From the NCBI GenBank assembly GCA_964452145.1, contig CAYVLA010000025.1, positions 1-34,962 of the forward strand: a stretch of 34,962 bases of DNA. Reading direction: 5' to 3'. Both the position numbers and the translations under genes were made by a program. This DNA is from Candidatus Hadarchaeota archaeon (GTDB lineage: Archaea > CAYQAE01 > CAYVLA01). Shown here in pieces: positions 8,967 through 17,962 of this stretch. Below the pieces are notes generated by a model. The model made no database searches, was not told the origin of the DNA, and worked only from the letters and a program-made list of their open reading frames with translations. Numbering within the stretch: the stretch's first letter is position 1; each line of letters begins with the position of its first letter.

Positions 8967-11321
8967 TCAACTTCGGGTGGGAGCTGTTCTTGACCGGCGA
9001 GCGCTGCCTGTACGAGCCCGGCCGGATGCCTCGCCCTTCATCTCGGTCAGGCTGTAGGTGCAGCCCTTCGCCGTTTCGAAGGTGACGTGTTCGCCCTCGA
9101 ATGCTCCCAGTTCCCGGCCCCCGACCTTCACAAGGATTCCGAAGCCTGGCCAGGGATTCGCAAGATGGCAGGGCCCGCCCAGCGTGCTGAGGATCTCGAT
9201 GCCCTCGATCCCTCGCCCGGGCTTTTTCGCCGCGGATACCCTGAATCCGCCCTCGGCCGCGAACACCCTCATCTTGACTGGCCGATCCTCCGGGACGGCC
9301 GGGAAGATCCGGAGGGACTGGTAGGAGAGGAGGAGGTTCTCCGGCCCTATCTGTGCTCCCGGTCGGTAGAGGCCGAGCCTCGGTCGAATGCAGGAATCCA
9401 GGTAGGAGCTGTGGGGAGCCCAGACCCGGATCTGATCCAGGGTCCTCATCGCCATCTCGAGCGTCTTCCCCGTGCTGTCCAGGCCGACATCGTCTCCCCA
9501 GAAAACCGGCGACAGTGGGACCGGGATGTTGTACTCGATCGGCGGAGCGTCCTGAACATCCACCCACACCGGTCCGTTCGGGGTCTGGTATGTGGGGTAA
9601 GGCGCCAACCTCTCGGCAGCCTCCCGCCACAGGCGAGCGAGCTTCCGGTTCTCATCCAGAATGCCCGCCGCATTCGACGCGGCTCTCAGTAGATACGACG
9701 TGAGCGTCAGAGCCGAGGTGCAGTCCCTGTTCCTCTCGAAGTTCTTGGTGAGACCCCAGTGCTCGGGTGAGACGGTCGGAACCAGGTGAAGGCGCCCATC
9801 ACTGCCCTCCGAGAGATAGGACCGGCAAAACTCGGCGCAATCCGCGAGCACCGGGTATGCCACGTTCTCCAAGAAGCCCGCGTCGCCGGTGTACCGGTAG
9901 TAGAGCCAGAGTGGCTTGGTCACCAGGCCGTCTATGCCCATGTCCTGTTCCCAGGTCAGGTTCGCGTGTGTTATGCCCCTGCATCGTAGCGGGAAGTGGA
10001 CCAGCGGATACATGGCTCCGGGGAGGTCGTAGACATCTCGCGCGTTCTCCCGGGCCTGTGGGAGGAGGGTGCGTACCATCTCGCAGTAGGGAAGCAGCTC
10101 CTCGAACTGGCCCAGGGTCAGCATGCCCTCCGCCCTGATCTCGTTGAGGTGGAAGTCCCCGTGCCAGGGGGAGCCGTCCTGGAAGCAGAACTTGGTGCTG
10201 CTGACGCTGCAGAGGGGGACATCCCCGTAGTACCCGCCGATCCTTCTCAGGCGAGGTCTGACCAGCTCGGGGGCAGACAAACAGGCGTCACCCACAGCGG
10301 CAGCCGCCCTGGCGGGGCCCCTTGAACAGCTCTCCATCAGCTCTCCCTGCTCCCGGGCAAGCTCTTCGATTCCCCTCCTCAGGGCATCCTGAAGGGTCGA
10401 CGATGCCCAACAGACGGGTTCTGGCGAGTCCTGAGTGGATGCCGCAGTCGCATAAATGCTGAAGCGCGATGGGAGATCGAAACACCTAGCCGTCGAAGCG
10501 CAACCGGTGGTCTGGTTGATCGGCGAGTAGAGCTTGACGAGTCCATGGTCGAGGCGTCCCTCCTTCGGCGCCCAGTAGGGAGTCCCCAGACCCATCTCAC
10601 CGCGGATCTTGCTGACCTCCCATCGACCGGAATCCGGGATGGCCATCACGGCGACCCTGAACCCTCCGGGGAAGGTGGGATCCGGAGGGAAGTCCTGGGT
10701 GATTCCGAAACCCGAATCGGTCTGGCAGCAGTCCGGCATATCCATCTGGGCGAAATCGTCTCCGAGTTCCCAGTTGCCCATGAAGGGGGCGGGCAACGGG
10801 GGTCCGGCTTTCACGATGTCCCGATGACGATGAACCCTCAGCCAAAGGTCCCGGGGTTCAAGCCCATCGCATCTGCATTCTATGATGAGAAGCATTCTCG
10901 AAAGGGAAGTCCAGATCCTCGCCCTCAGCTCCTTGCCTCTGCCCGCGAGCAGAAGCGACAAGCTGCCGTCGTGACGGCGGACAACCGAGGCGCGACGAGC
11001 GAAAGGGGTTCCAAGTATGAGATTGCCTCCGAGCTTCGGACAAGGGAAGGGATAATGGTTGTAGACCCAGTACGCGGTATCGTTCGGGTGCTTGGCGATC
11101 TCGAAGAGTCTGTCAGCCTGGGCAAGGTGCCGGATCCTCTCAAGGGTGACTAGCGGTTGTCTGTCGCCGAACCATCTCCTGTCCCAGATGTCCGACCGAC
11201 CGAGGGTCAGAGTCGGCTGGGCTGGTGGTCCCCAGAGGCGCACACCCAATAGATCGTTCTCAAGGGTCAGACCATCGTTCGGATCCCGGGGTAGCTTCTG
11301 GCCCCTCGCCGTTTCGCTCAA
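8967..11321 (-). CDS. Divergent GH95 (alpha-L-fucosidase)-like (alpha/alpha)6 glycoside hydrolase
   Basis: LGRSDIWDRR, PWHGDFHLNE, ARDVYDLPGAMYP, WLYYRYTGDAGFL..AYP, PTVSPEH, IFPAVP, AEGGFRVSA, ILSTLGGPCHLANPW; TTG start. Confidence 0.75.
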   Translation of the reverse strand: MSETARGQKLPRDPNDGLTLENDLLGVRLWGPPAQPTLTLGRSDIWDRRWFGDRQPLVTLERIRHLAQADRLFEIAKHPNDTAYWVYNHYPFPCPKLGGNLILGTPFARRASVVRRHDGSLSLLLAGRGKELRARIWTSLSRMLLIIECRCDGLEPRDLWLRVHRHRDIVKAGPPLPAPFMGNWELGDDFAQMDMPDCCQTDSGFGITQDFPPDPTFPGGFRVAVMAIPDSGRWEVSKIRGEMGLGTPYWAPKEGRLDHGLVKLYSPINQTTGCASTARCFDLPSRFSIYATAASTQDSPEPVCWASSTLQDALRRGIEELAREQGELMESCSRGPARAAAAVGDACLSAPELVRPRLRRIGGYYGDVPLCSVSSTKFCFQDGSPWHGDFHLNEIRAEGMLTLGQFEELLPYCEMVRTLLPQARENARDVYDLPGAMYPLVHFPLRCRGITHANLTWEQDMGIDGLVTKPLWLYYRYTGDAGFLENVAYPVLADCAEFCRSYLSEGSDGRLHLVPTVSPEHWGLTKNFERNRDCTSALTLTSYLLRAASNAAGILDENRKLARLWREAAERLAPYPTYQTPNGPVWVDVQDAPPIEYNIPVPLSPVFWGDDVGLDSTGKTLEMAMRTLDQIRVWAPHSSYLDSCIRPRLGLYRPGAQIGPENLLLSYQSLRIFPAVPEDRPVKMRVFAAEGGFRVSAAKKPGRGIEGIEILSTLGGPCHLANPWPGFGILVKVGGRELGAFEGEHVTFETAKGCTYSLTEMKGEASGRARTGSARRSRTAPTRS

Positions 11322-11376
11322 CTGGCATCATCTCGCTTGATATCGCCGCTAACGAGGATGGGCCAACAGCCAGAGG

Positions 11377-11408
11377 GGCTATTAGCGAAATGCTGGATTC
11401 TAATAGCC
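11377..11408. promoter_or_regulatory. 9-bp perfect inverted repeat (GGCTATTAG-N14-CTAATAGCC), candidate operator or hairpin in a divergent promoter region
   Basis: Directly visible between the divergent GH95-like and PHP genes. Confidence 0.4.
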
Positions 11409-11483
11409 AAGCCTCCTCGCCGCCTGGATGAGCCAAATCTGCAGATAAATGCGCGTTTCGTGTTGGGATCGGGGACCCTTTCC

Positions 11484-11490
11484 TTTTTAA
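11484..11490 (+). promoter_or_regulatory. Candidate TATA box (TTTTTAA) for the PHP gene
   Basis: 35-41 nt upstream of ATG 11525. Confidence 0.4.
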
Positions 11491-11524
11491 GGGAGGCCCT
11501 TGGGCATTGGCCCGAGGACTTGTA

Positions 11525-12412
11525 ATGCGATTTCCTAACCCGTTCACGGACATAGAGGGGCGCTGGTTCAGAGGCAATTTGCACTCCCACACCACCATGT
11601 CGGATGGCAAGCTCAGCCCCCAGGATGTCGTGGAGTTTTACAGATCCAGAGGCTACGACTTCCTGTGCCTGACCGATCACGAGAAGATGTCTGACCCCTC
11701 AGGCCTATCAACTGAGGACTTCCTAGTGTTCACCGGGGTCGAGACAGGTTCCAAGCAGTCGAGACACCACATCGTCGGAATAGGCTGCAAGGAACTCGGC
11801 CCCTTCCCCAGACAGGAGATGGCCCAGGACGCGGTCGACAAGATCCGTTCCATGGGAGGATTGGTCTTCATCGCCCATCCGTACTGGTCGGCGCTTGTCG
11901 ATGCGGATGTCAGAAGCCTCAGCAACATCCAAGGCATAGAGCTTTACAACACGGGCTGCGAGGTGGAGATCGGCAGGGGCTTCTCGACCACCCACTGGGA
12001 CAACCTGCTGTTCTCGGGGATGATGCTGGACGGGTTCGCCGTGGACGATGCCCACAGGTACACCGATGACGCACCGGGAGGATGGGTCTGGGTGAAGGCC
12101 AAGCGCCTGGCCCAGGAAGACATCCTTGATTCCATCTCAAATGGCTTCTTTTACTCGTCCACCGGACCCAGAATCGAGGACATTCAAGTCACGGAGGACA
12201 CGATCTCGGTGAGATGCACCCCCGTGGAAACGATCACCTTCCACAGCCACGGCCCCACGGGCAACAGCGTTCACCGAGTAGGGGAGGGAATCCTCACGTG
12301 CGCAACCCACAAGTACAGGCCCGAGCACAGGTACGTAAGGGTGGAGTGCATCGACGGTGGACGGAGGATGGCCTGGTCCAACCCAATCTATACCGATTTG
12401 TTCGGAACCTAA
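11525..12412 (+). CDS. PHP-domain metallohydrolase (CehA/McbA-like)
   Basis: WFRGNLHSHTTMSDG, LTDHE, GVE, IAHPYWS, GIELYN, DDAH, GFFYSSTGP, YVRVEC..AWSNPI; ATG 11525 follows GAGGA. Confidence 0.9.
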   Translation: MRFPNPFTDIEGRWFRGNLHSHTTMSDGKLSPQDVVEFYRSRGYDFLCLTDHEKMSDPSGLSTEDFLVFTGVETGSKQSRHHIVGIGCKELGPFPRQEMAQDAVDKIRSMGGLVFIAHPYWSALVDADVRSLSNIQGIELYNTGCEVEIGRGFSTTHWDNLLFSGMMLDGFAVDDAHRYTDDAPGGWVWVKAKRLAQEDILDSISNGFFYSSTGPRIEDIQVTEDTISVRCTPVETITFHSHGPTGNSVHRVGEGILTCATHKYRPEHRYVRVECIDGGRRMAWSNPIYTDLFGT

Positions 12413-12481
12413 TCAGCTCGACGCGTCCGGGGCCGCCTGGGAGGTGGTGCGCCGCGGAGCGACCGATTCACCCCGCGCCGG

Positions 12482-12700
12482 TCATCGCCTGTCGAGGATC
12501 AACAGACCGCCCATGCCGAAGACCAGTATGGCGATCATCGCTTCCTGGGCGTATTCGCCGAACATCAGCCCCAGGAAGAGCGCGATCGCCGTGGTGGTCA
12601 TGCAGAACCTCTTCTGGGGAACACCCATAGTGAGCATGTTGACAAGGAGATAGACTCCGCCCAAGACCACCACAAAGACCAGAGCAGCAAGCGCCAACAT
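12482..12700 (-). CDS. Small hydrophobic membrane protein (about 3 TM segments), unknown function
   Basis: 72-aa ORF made almost entirely of hydrophobic segments and ending DRR; GAGAGG upstream of ATG; fills the gap between two genes. Confidence 0.55.
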   Translation of the reverse strand: MLALAALVFVVVLGGVYLLVNMLTMGVPQKRFCMTTTAIALFLGLMFGEYAQEAMIAILVFGMGGLLILDRR

Positions 12701-12801
12701 GGCAGGCCTCTCTGCAAGTCTCCGGTATTGATAACTCTCACCGGTTCGAGAGGCACGCGAGAAAAGCCAGATGCCTCAATGCGGCGTCCCGGGCCGGATT
12801 A

Positions 12802-13728
12802 CTACTTCTTTTCCTCCAGTTTCCTGATGAGCCCATCGGCAAGGCTGCTCGCCTCTGCCTTTGTATCTGGGTCGCAAAGGGCGTGGTAGAGCTCGGGCCT
12901 CCTGCTTGCCCGCACCGCCAAGGATCTTTCACACAGCCGGCCGAAATGGAAGTTGCTTATCCTCCTGCGGTCCAGATCGATATCCCTAGTCAACACCTCA
13001 GCATGGCGCGAGGCCTCCGCCAGGATCATGCCATCGGGCCCGACGATGCCGCTGCGGCCCAGCATCATGCCGGGACGCCATGCCTCATCGGGGCCTATGC
13101 CGTAGCAGGATGAGACAAGGTAGGTTCCGGTGTCGATCGCCCTGGACCTGTACCTAGCCTCCCAGTCTATCTCGCCCCACCCGGACTGGACATGGGGAAA
13201 GAAGATGACCTCGGCTCCTCTGAGCATCAGGCACGTGGCGACCTCGGGGTATTCTATATCCATGCAGATCATGACGCCGATCCTGCCGAAGTCCAAGCGA
13301 AAAACGGGCAGGTCCTCCCCTTGGACGACACCAGCCTCGGATTCGGGTACGGGGGTATGGGTCTTGCAGTACGTGCCCACCAATTCTCCGTTTCTGTCCA
13401 GCACCAAGGCAAGGTTTCTCAGACTCCCGTTCACCCACCCGATCAGAGGCGCCACAACATTCATGTAGTGCTCCTTGGCCACGGCTGCAAGCCTTTCCTG
13501 GATTGGGCCTGGGATCGGATCCGCATGCTTGGCCAACGTCTGCCTGTCAAAGGGCAGACCCATCAGATTCGCCATCTCGCCGAAGACGGCCACATCGGAC
13601 TCCCTCTTGCCCGCGATGTCCAGATGGCGGATGATCTGGCCCAGGTTCTGGGCCTTCTTCTCCTCGGGTGTCGTGCCCGAGGATCTGAGGGGCAGCTGGA
13701 TCGTGCTTACCCGAAGCGGCCTGGGCAG
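12802..13728 (-). CDS. Carbon-nitrogen hydrolase (nitrilase/amidase superfamily)
   Basis: Triad motifs VFGE, YCKTH, IGVMICMD; GAEVIFFP, GRSGIVGPDG, RRPELY. The frame extends 45 codons upstream of the annotated GTG (13593) with a typical N-terminus, LPRPLRVSTIQL..KAQNLGQI..IAGKRESDVAVFGE, starting at CTG 13728. Confidence 0.88.
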   Translation of the reverse strand: MPRPLRVSTIQLPLRSSGTTPEEKKAQNLGQIIRHLDIAGKRESDVAVFGEMANLMGLPFDRQTLAKHADPIPGPIQERLAAVAKEHYMNVVAPLIGWVNGSLRNLALVLDRNGELVGTYCKTHTPVPESEAGVVQGEDLPVFRLDFGRIGVMICMDIEYPEVATCLMLRGAEVIFFPHVQSGWGEIDWEARYRSRAIDTGTYLVSSCYGIGPDEAWRPGMMLGRSGIVGPDGMILAEASRHAEVLTRDIDLDRRRISNFHFGRLCERSLAVRASRRPELYHALCDPDTKAEASSLADGLIRKLEEKK

Positions 13729-13739
13729 CCCATTCCCCC

Positions 13740-14777
13740 CTACTCCTGCGGGTGTACTATCGACCTGATGACCTCATCCGGCCTCTCGATCGCCAGCTTG
13801 ATGGCTTCCTCAACACGAGCAAGCGGCATCCGCTGGGTTATCATGGATTTCATATCAACCTGTCCACGCTTCATCAGCTTCAATGACGTAGGGAAGTCGC
13901 GGCAGAAGCCCAGGATTCCAAGCATATCCATTTCGGCCAATGTGATCTTGCTCAGGTTTATCTCGTCAAGGTCCTTGCCGGTGAAGCCGATCGGCATGAG
14001 GGTGGCTCCACTTGAGGCAAGGTCGACCATTTGTCTGATCGTCTCAGGCCTGCCAACGGCCTCGATAACAAAAGGCGCCATCTCCCCTTTGCTTATCTCC
14101 CTGACAGCCTTAACGGTATCTCGCTCACCCGCATTCACGACGTGATCGGCTCCCAGCCTCTTTGCCAGTTCCAGCTTCCTGTCCACCAGATCGGCAATCA
14201 GCACTTCAGCTCCGCTCGCCTTCGCAACCTGGAGAACCATGAGGCCTATGGCTCCGGCCCCGAGAATGACAACGAAGTCGCCGACCCCGATGCCGCATCT
14301 CTTGATCGCATGGACGCCGACCGACAGGGGCTCGGTTAGCGCCCCTTCGTCGAAGGAAACCTCGGGAGGCTTTTCGTAAATGAAGCTAGCATTTGCAAGC
14401 GCATACTCGGCGAACGCCCCTTCAACATTGTGGCCTATGACCTTAACGTCATTACAGACGTTGTACCTGCCCGCTCGGCACCCGGGGCAGGTGCCACAAG
14501 AATAGAAGAACGTCTCCACCACGACTTCGTCTCCCACCTTCCAATGGCTCACCCCGGGACCTAGGGCTGCCACCCTGCCAGAGCACTCATGCCCCATGAT
14601 CCTGGGAGGCTGTATCATGGGGTGCTTGTTCAGATAGCCCGACACATCCGACCGACAGACGGCCGTTGATTCGACCTTGATGAGAACTTGTCCCGCCCCC
14701 GGGCTGGGAACCGGCACCCCCTTGAGTTCCAGCTTCTTGGGAGCAGTCAGAACCACCGCCCGCATCGTGTTCTTCAA
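13740..14777 (-). CDS. Zn-dependent medium-chain dehydrogenase (sorbitol/threonine/sugar dehydrogenase-like)
   Basis: VCRSD, MGHECSG, structural Zn site CGTCPGC..NVC, EPLSVGVHA, GAGAIG, acidic D after the second beta strand (NAD preference). Confidence 0.93.
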   Translation of the reverse strand: MKNTMRAVVLTAPKKLELKGVPVPSPGAGQVLIKVESTAVCRSDVSGYLNKHPMIQPPRIMGHECSGRVAALGPGVSHWKVGDEVVVETFFYSCGTCPGCRAGRYNVCNDVKVIGHNVEGAFAEYALANASFIYEKPPEVSFDEGALTEPLSVGVHAIKRCGIGVGDFVVILGAGAIGLMVLQVAKASGAEVLIADLVDRKLELAKRLGADHVVNAGERDTVKAVREISKGEMAPFVIEAVGRPETIRQMVDLASSGATLMPIGFTGKDLDEINLSKITLAEMDMLGILGFCRDFPTSLKLMKRGQVDMKSMITQRMPLARVEEAIKLAIERPDEVIRSIVHPQE

Positions 14778-14946
14778 CGCAGACCCCTCCAGCCGCTCTC
14801 TTGAGCGGGCTCTTAGAAAAATCTTGTTCAGGCCTGGCCTCTCAGTCGATCCCGACCATCCTTCTTCGAGAGCGCGTTCTGGCTTCCGATGTAGGGATGG
14901 TGAGAGATATTAGCGTTCGCTCGTCGAGCAGAATCTGGGTGGCCAG

Positions 14947-15714
14947 TTGATCCCGACGGTAAGATTGGGTGGGCACCAGATCAGCCGGCTGATAGTCGGA
15001 GGCAACCCCTTCAGCGGAAATTCCCACCTCAGCCGCGAGCGGGACGTAGAAATGCGCAACTACTACACGGTAGCCAGGATCAAGAAGACTCTTCGCCAGT
15101 GCGAGGAGGTCGGCATAGACACCTGGCAATCACGGGGCGACAACTTCATCACCCGCGTCCTTAACGAATACCGCATGGAGGGTGGGACGATCCAATGGAT
15201 CGCCCAGACCGCCTCGGAACGGCGCGACGTGATCAGGAACATCCACCAGATAGCTGACTACGAGCCCATCGCGATCTACCACCACGGGACGTCAACCGAC
15301 TCCCTCTACAGGGATGGTAACTTCTCCCAGGTTGAGCGGGCGCTCGATGAAATCAGAAGCCTCGGCTTCGCGGCCGGCCTCGGGACCCACATACCCGAAG
15401 TGGTTCTCCACGCCGAGAGGAAGGGACTTTGCCCCGATTTCTACATGCTGTCGCTGTACAACCTAACCGACCGAGGCGAGGGATACGACCCGGAGGACAG
15501 AGTGAAGGCCTGTGAGGTCGTGCGGGCGGTTGACAGGACGTTCCTCGTCTTCAAGGTAATGGCCGCAGGCCGGAACGACCCCGATGAGGCATTTCGGTTC
15601 GCCTTTCGCAACATCAAGCCCACGGATGCCGTTGTTGTCGGGGTCTATACGAAGCACCAGCCCGACCAGGTCCTCCAAGATGCAGAGATAGTGACATCCA
15701 TCCTTGAGTCCTAG
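14947..15714 (+). CDS. Conserved hypothetical protein with an aldo/keto-reductase-like TIM barrel
   Basis: IPTVRLGGHQISRLIVGGNPFSG, AIYHHG, GLGTHIPE, FKVMAAGR, AFRFAF, AVVVG. Confidence 0.75.
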   Translation: MIPTVRLGGHQISRLIVGGNPFSGNSHLSRERDVEMRNYYTVARIKKTLRQCEEVGIDTWQSRGDNFITRVLNEYRMEGGTIQWIAQTASERRDVIRNIHQIADYEPIAIYHHGTSTDSLYRDGNFSQVERALDEIRSLGFAAGLGTHIPEVVLHAERKGLCPDFYMLSLYNLTDRGEGYDPEDRVKACEVVRAVDRTFLVFKVMAAGRNDPDEAFRFAFRNIKPTDAVVVGVYTKHQPDQVLQDAEIVTSILES

Positions 15715-16209
15715 CAGGCGATCCTGCCCAGTGCTTCCGTTCTTTCATGGGTAGGCTTGGCACATCCAATGTGGCAAGAGAGCGCTAGCTGGCACGACGC
15801 CGACGCACAAACGAAGGGAACGGACTCGGTCACCCTTGAAGGATGTGCAGTAATCAGGTCGGTGGCCCCCTGATCGGGGGGGCGCAACACGCAAGTCATC
15901 GACGAGATGGTGACGAGTGGCCTCCGAAGGCGGCCCGGATCGTAGCGGAGAGGCACCATTGAAGGATTTGCCATGACCCCATCGGAAGTCCCCGGGTCTG
16001 GGCATCGTCCTGCCCGTTGATACAGTTTGGAGAGCCAAAGCCCCACAGCAGCCCGGCGGAACCTCGGGGGCGTATTGTGATGCGAAGTCAAGTCAGCGAA
16101 GAATAACGCTCGAACTCCGAGGACGTAATCCAGACCTCAGGCAGGGTGACAATTAAGAGCGTGCAGATTGAAGAAGCGCGTCCGGAATATGCTAAGATCG
16201 GACGGGGGA

Positions 16210-17433
16210 ATGCGCACGGCGGCGAGCAAGTACAGCCTGCTCATCACTGTGCTTGTTCTCGCTTGGAACCTCAACCCGGCTGTCATGGCCTCAAAGGTTC
16301 GGGTCCTGTACACCGGGGATCCCTACCCCGGCGTGACCCCCTACATACACATGAGAGTCGAGCCGCTGCTGGAGGTGACCCCGGTTCAGGCATCCACGCT
16401 GCACTATGCGGGGATCTCCCGGGATGACATCAGAAGGGCCATCCGGGTCTACATGCCGCGGACCTACCGTTCGCTCGTTGAGTCCTATGACGTCCTGATC
16501 ATAAGCGACGCCAACGTGGGTAGCTTCAGCTCCGACCACCACAGATGGTTCAAGGACAGCGTCTCGGAGGGGCTGGGCTTCGTCATGGTGGGCGGGTACG
16601 AGACCTTCGGCGGAGTGGCCGGCTATCCGAGCTGGGAGAACACCCCGGTGGCGGATGTCCTGCCCGTGAGCGTTGTCCAAGGGCTCTACTGGGGAGGTCC
16701 GATGAAGATAGTCAACCCGGAGCACGTCTTCATGAAGAGCCTCCCATGGCGTCCCAACCTTGATTTCATGCAGAACTACCAGTGCAACATCGTGAACCTC
16801 AGGGATGGTGCCGACCTGCTCGCCGTGGTGACCATAGGACCCTGGGGCAGCTCATATTCGGGATACGAGAATCCCTTCTACTCGACCTGGACGTACGTTA
16901 ACGGCACCGTCTTCGCCATGACAGGGGACTGGACCCCTGACGGGGGATGGGTATTCCTCCGATGGGACTACCTGCCCGACTTCGTCACCAATCTCATGCT
17001 CTACTGCGCGAAAAGGCCTGTGCCACATGATATCAGCCTCGTCCACACGCTGAGGAAGCAGATGGCCACGCTGGGCTACCGCAGGCTGATGGCTACATCG
17101 CTCGTGGACTTCATTGAAGGGTTTGGTGCAGATACCGGAAGGCTGCTGGCTGCCCTGGATGAGGTGGACGCGGCAAGGGACAAGCTTGAAGGCCTCTACC
17201 TGGATCTGGACTTCGTCGAGGCCCTCGAGGCGGCCAACGCCGCACTGAGCCTCATGGACCAAGCCGAGCTGGTCGCGGAGCGAAGCAAGAACGAGGCGCT
17301 CTTGTGGATCTACCTCTCAGAATGGCTCGCCGTAACCTCGACGTGCCTCCTCGCCGGCCTCATCGTCTGGGCGCTGATGATCCGTCGCAGGCTCTACCGG
17401 GACGTGGTGACAACCCGGTTTCCGGCAAGCTAG
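16210..17433 (+). CDS. Secreted, C-terminally membrane-anchored protein with a DUF1355/GATase1-like domain and helical stalk
   Basis: Signal-peptide-like KYSLLITVLVLAWNLNPAVMA; VRVLYTGD, YDVLIISDA, GLGFVMVGGYETFGG..SWENTPVADVLPV; helical region; TM WIYLSEWLAVTSTCLLAGLIVWALMIRRRLYR. ORF track start is 16168; ATG 16210 follows GGGGG. Confidence 0.78.
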   Translation: MRTAASKYSLLITVLVLAWNLNPAVMASKVRVLYTGDPYPGVTPYIHMRVEPLLEVTPVQASTLHYAGISRDDIRRAIRVYMPRTYRSLVESYDVLIISDANVGSFSSDHHRWFKDSVSEGLGFVMVGGYETFGGVAGYPSWENTPVADVLPVSVVQGLYWGGPMKIVNPEHVFMKSLPWRPNLDFMQNYQCNIVNLRDGADLLAVVTIGPWGSSYSGYENPFYSTWTYVNGTVFAMTGDWTPDGGWVFLRWDYLPDFVTNLMLYCAKRPVPHDISLVHTLRKQMATLGYRRLMATSLVDFIEGFGADTGRLLAALDEVDAARDKLEGLYLDLDFVEALEAANAALSLMDQAELVAERSKNEALLWIYLSEWLAVTSTCLLAGLIVWALMIRRRLYRDVVTTRFPAS

Positions 17434-17962
17434 CCGATCCGATCGGTGCAGCCCATTCCGCCTGCAAGTCTGGCCAAAGCAAGGTCGAAGACCGAACTGA
17501 ACTGTCGTGCATGCGATTGGACGATGAGTCGGCGGCTGTCCGTCCAGGTGCAACGAGACATGGAGGAACCGCCTGAGGACAGGCCTTGTAAGATGCATCT
17601 TCGTAGTGCCTGGTCCCTGTCAAGAGGTCCCGCTGAGGACCCCTATCGAGGAACCCAAGGCCTCGGACGTAGGAACCCGAAGCCAGCACCGCGATTCCGA
17701 GCTGCTAGCCGCGACATTTGTCCCCATGGAGCCAGACCCCTTCGGCGGAACACGCGTTGACGCGTCTTCACCAGGATGATCAGGAAAGCCATCACCAGAC
17801 ACCAGTGAGATACCCAGAGCACAAGAAAGGCATGGTTGAAGCCGCTGACCATCTGCATCAGGGAAGACCCTCCCCGTGTCCTGTCGTGCCTTCGGATTGA
17901 TGGTACGCAGGGCTAGGGAGCAACAGTGATCAGCACGCGGTGCATGTGCTCTGACGGCCACA

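Noticed and set aside
7581..9630. Long alternative ORFs 7581..8618 (+) and 8635..9630 (-)
   Set aside because: Shadow frames of well-supported GH genes, typical of high-GC codon bias; no motifs.
13192..14145. 317-aa plus-strand ORF
   Set aside because: Antisense to the nitrilase and dehydrogenase genes; no recognisable domain.
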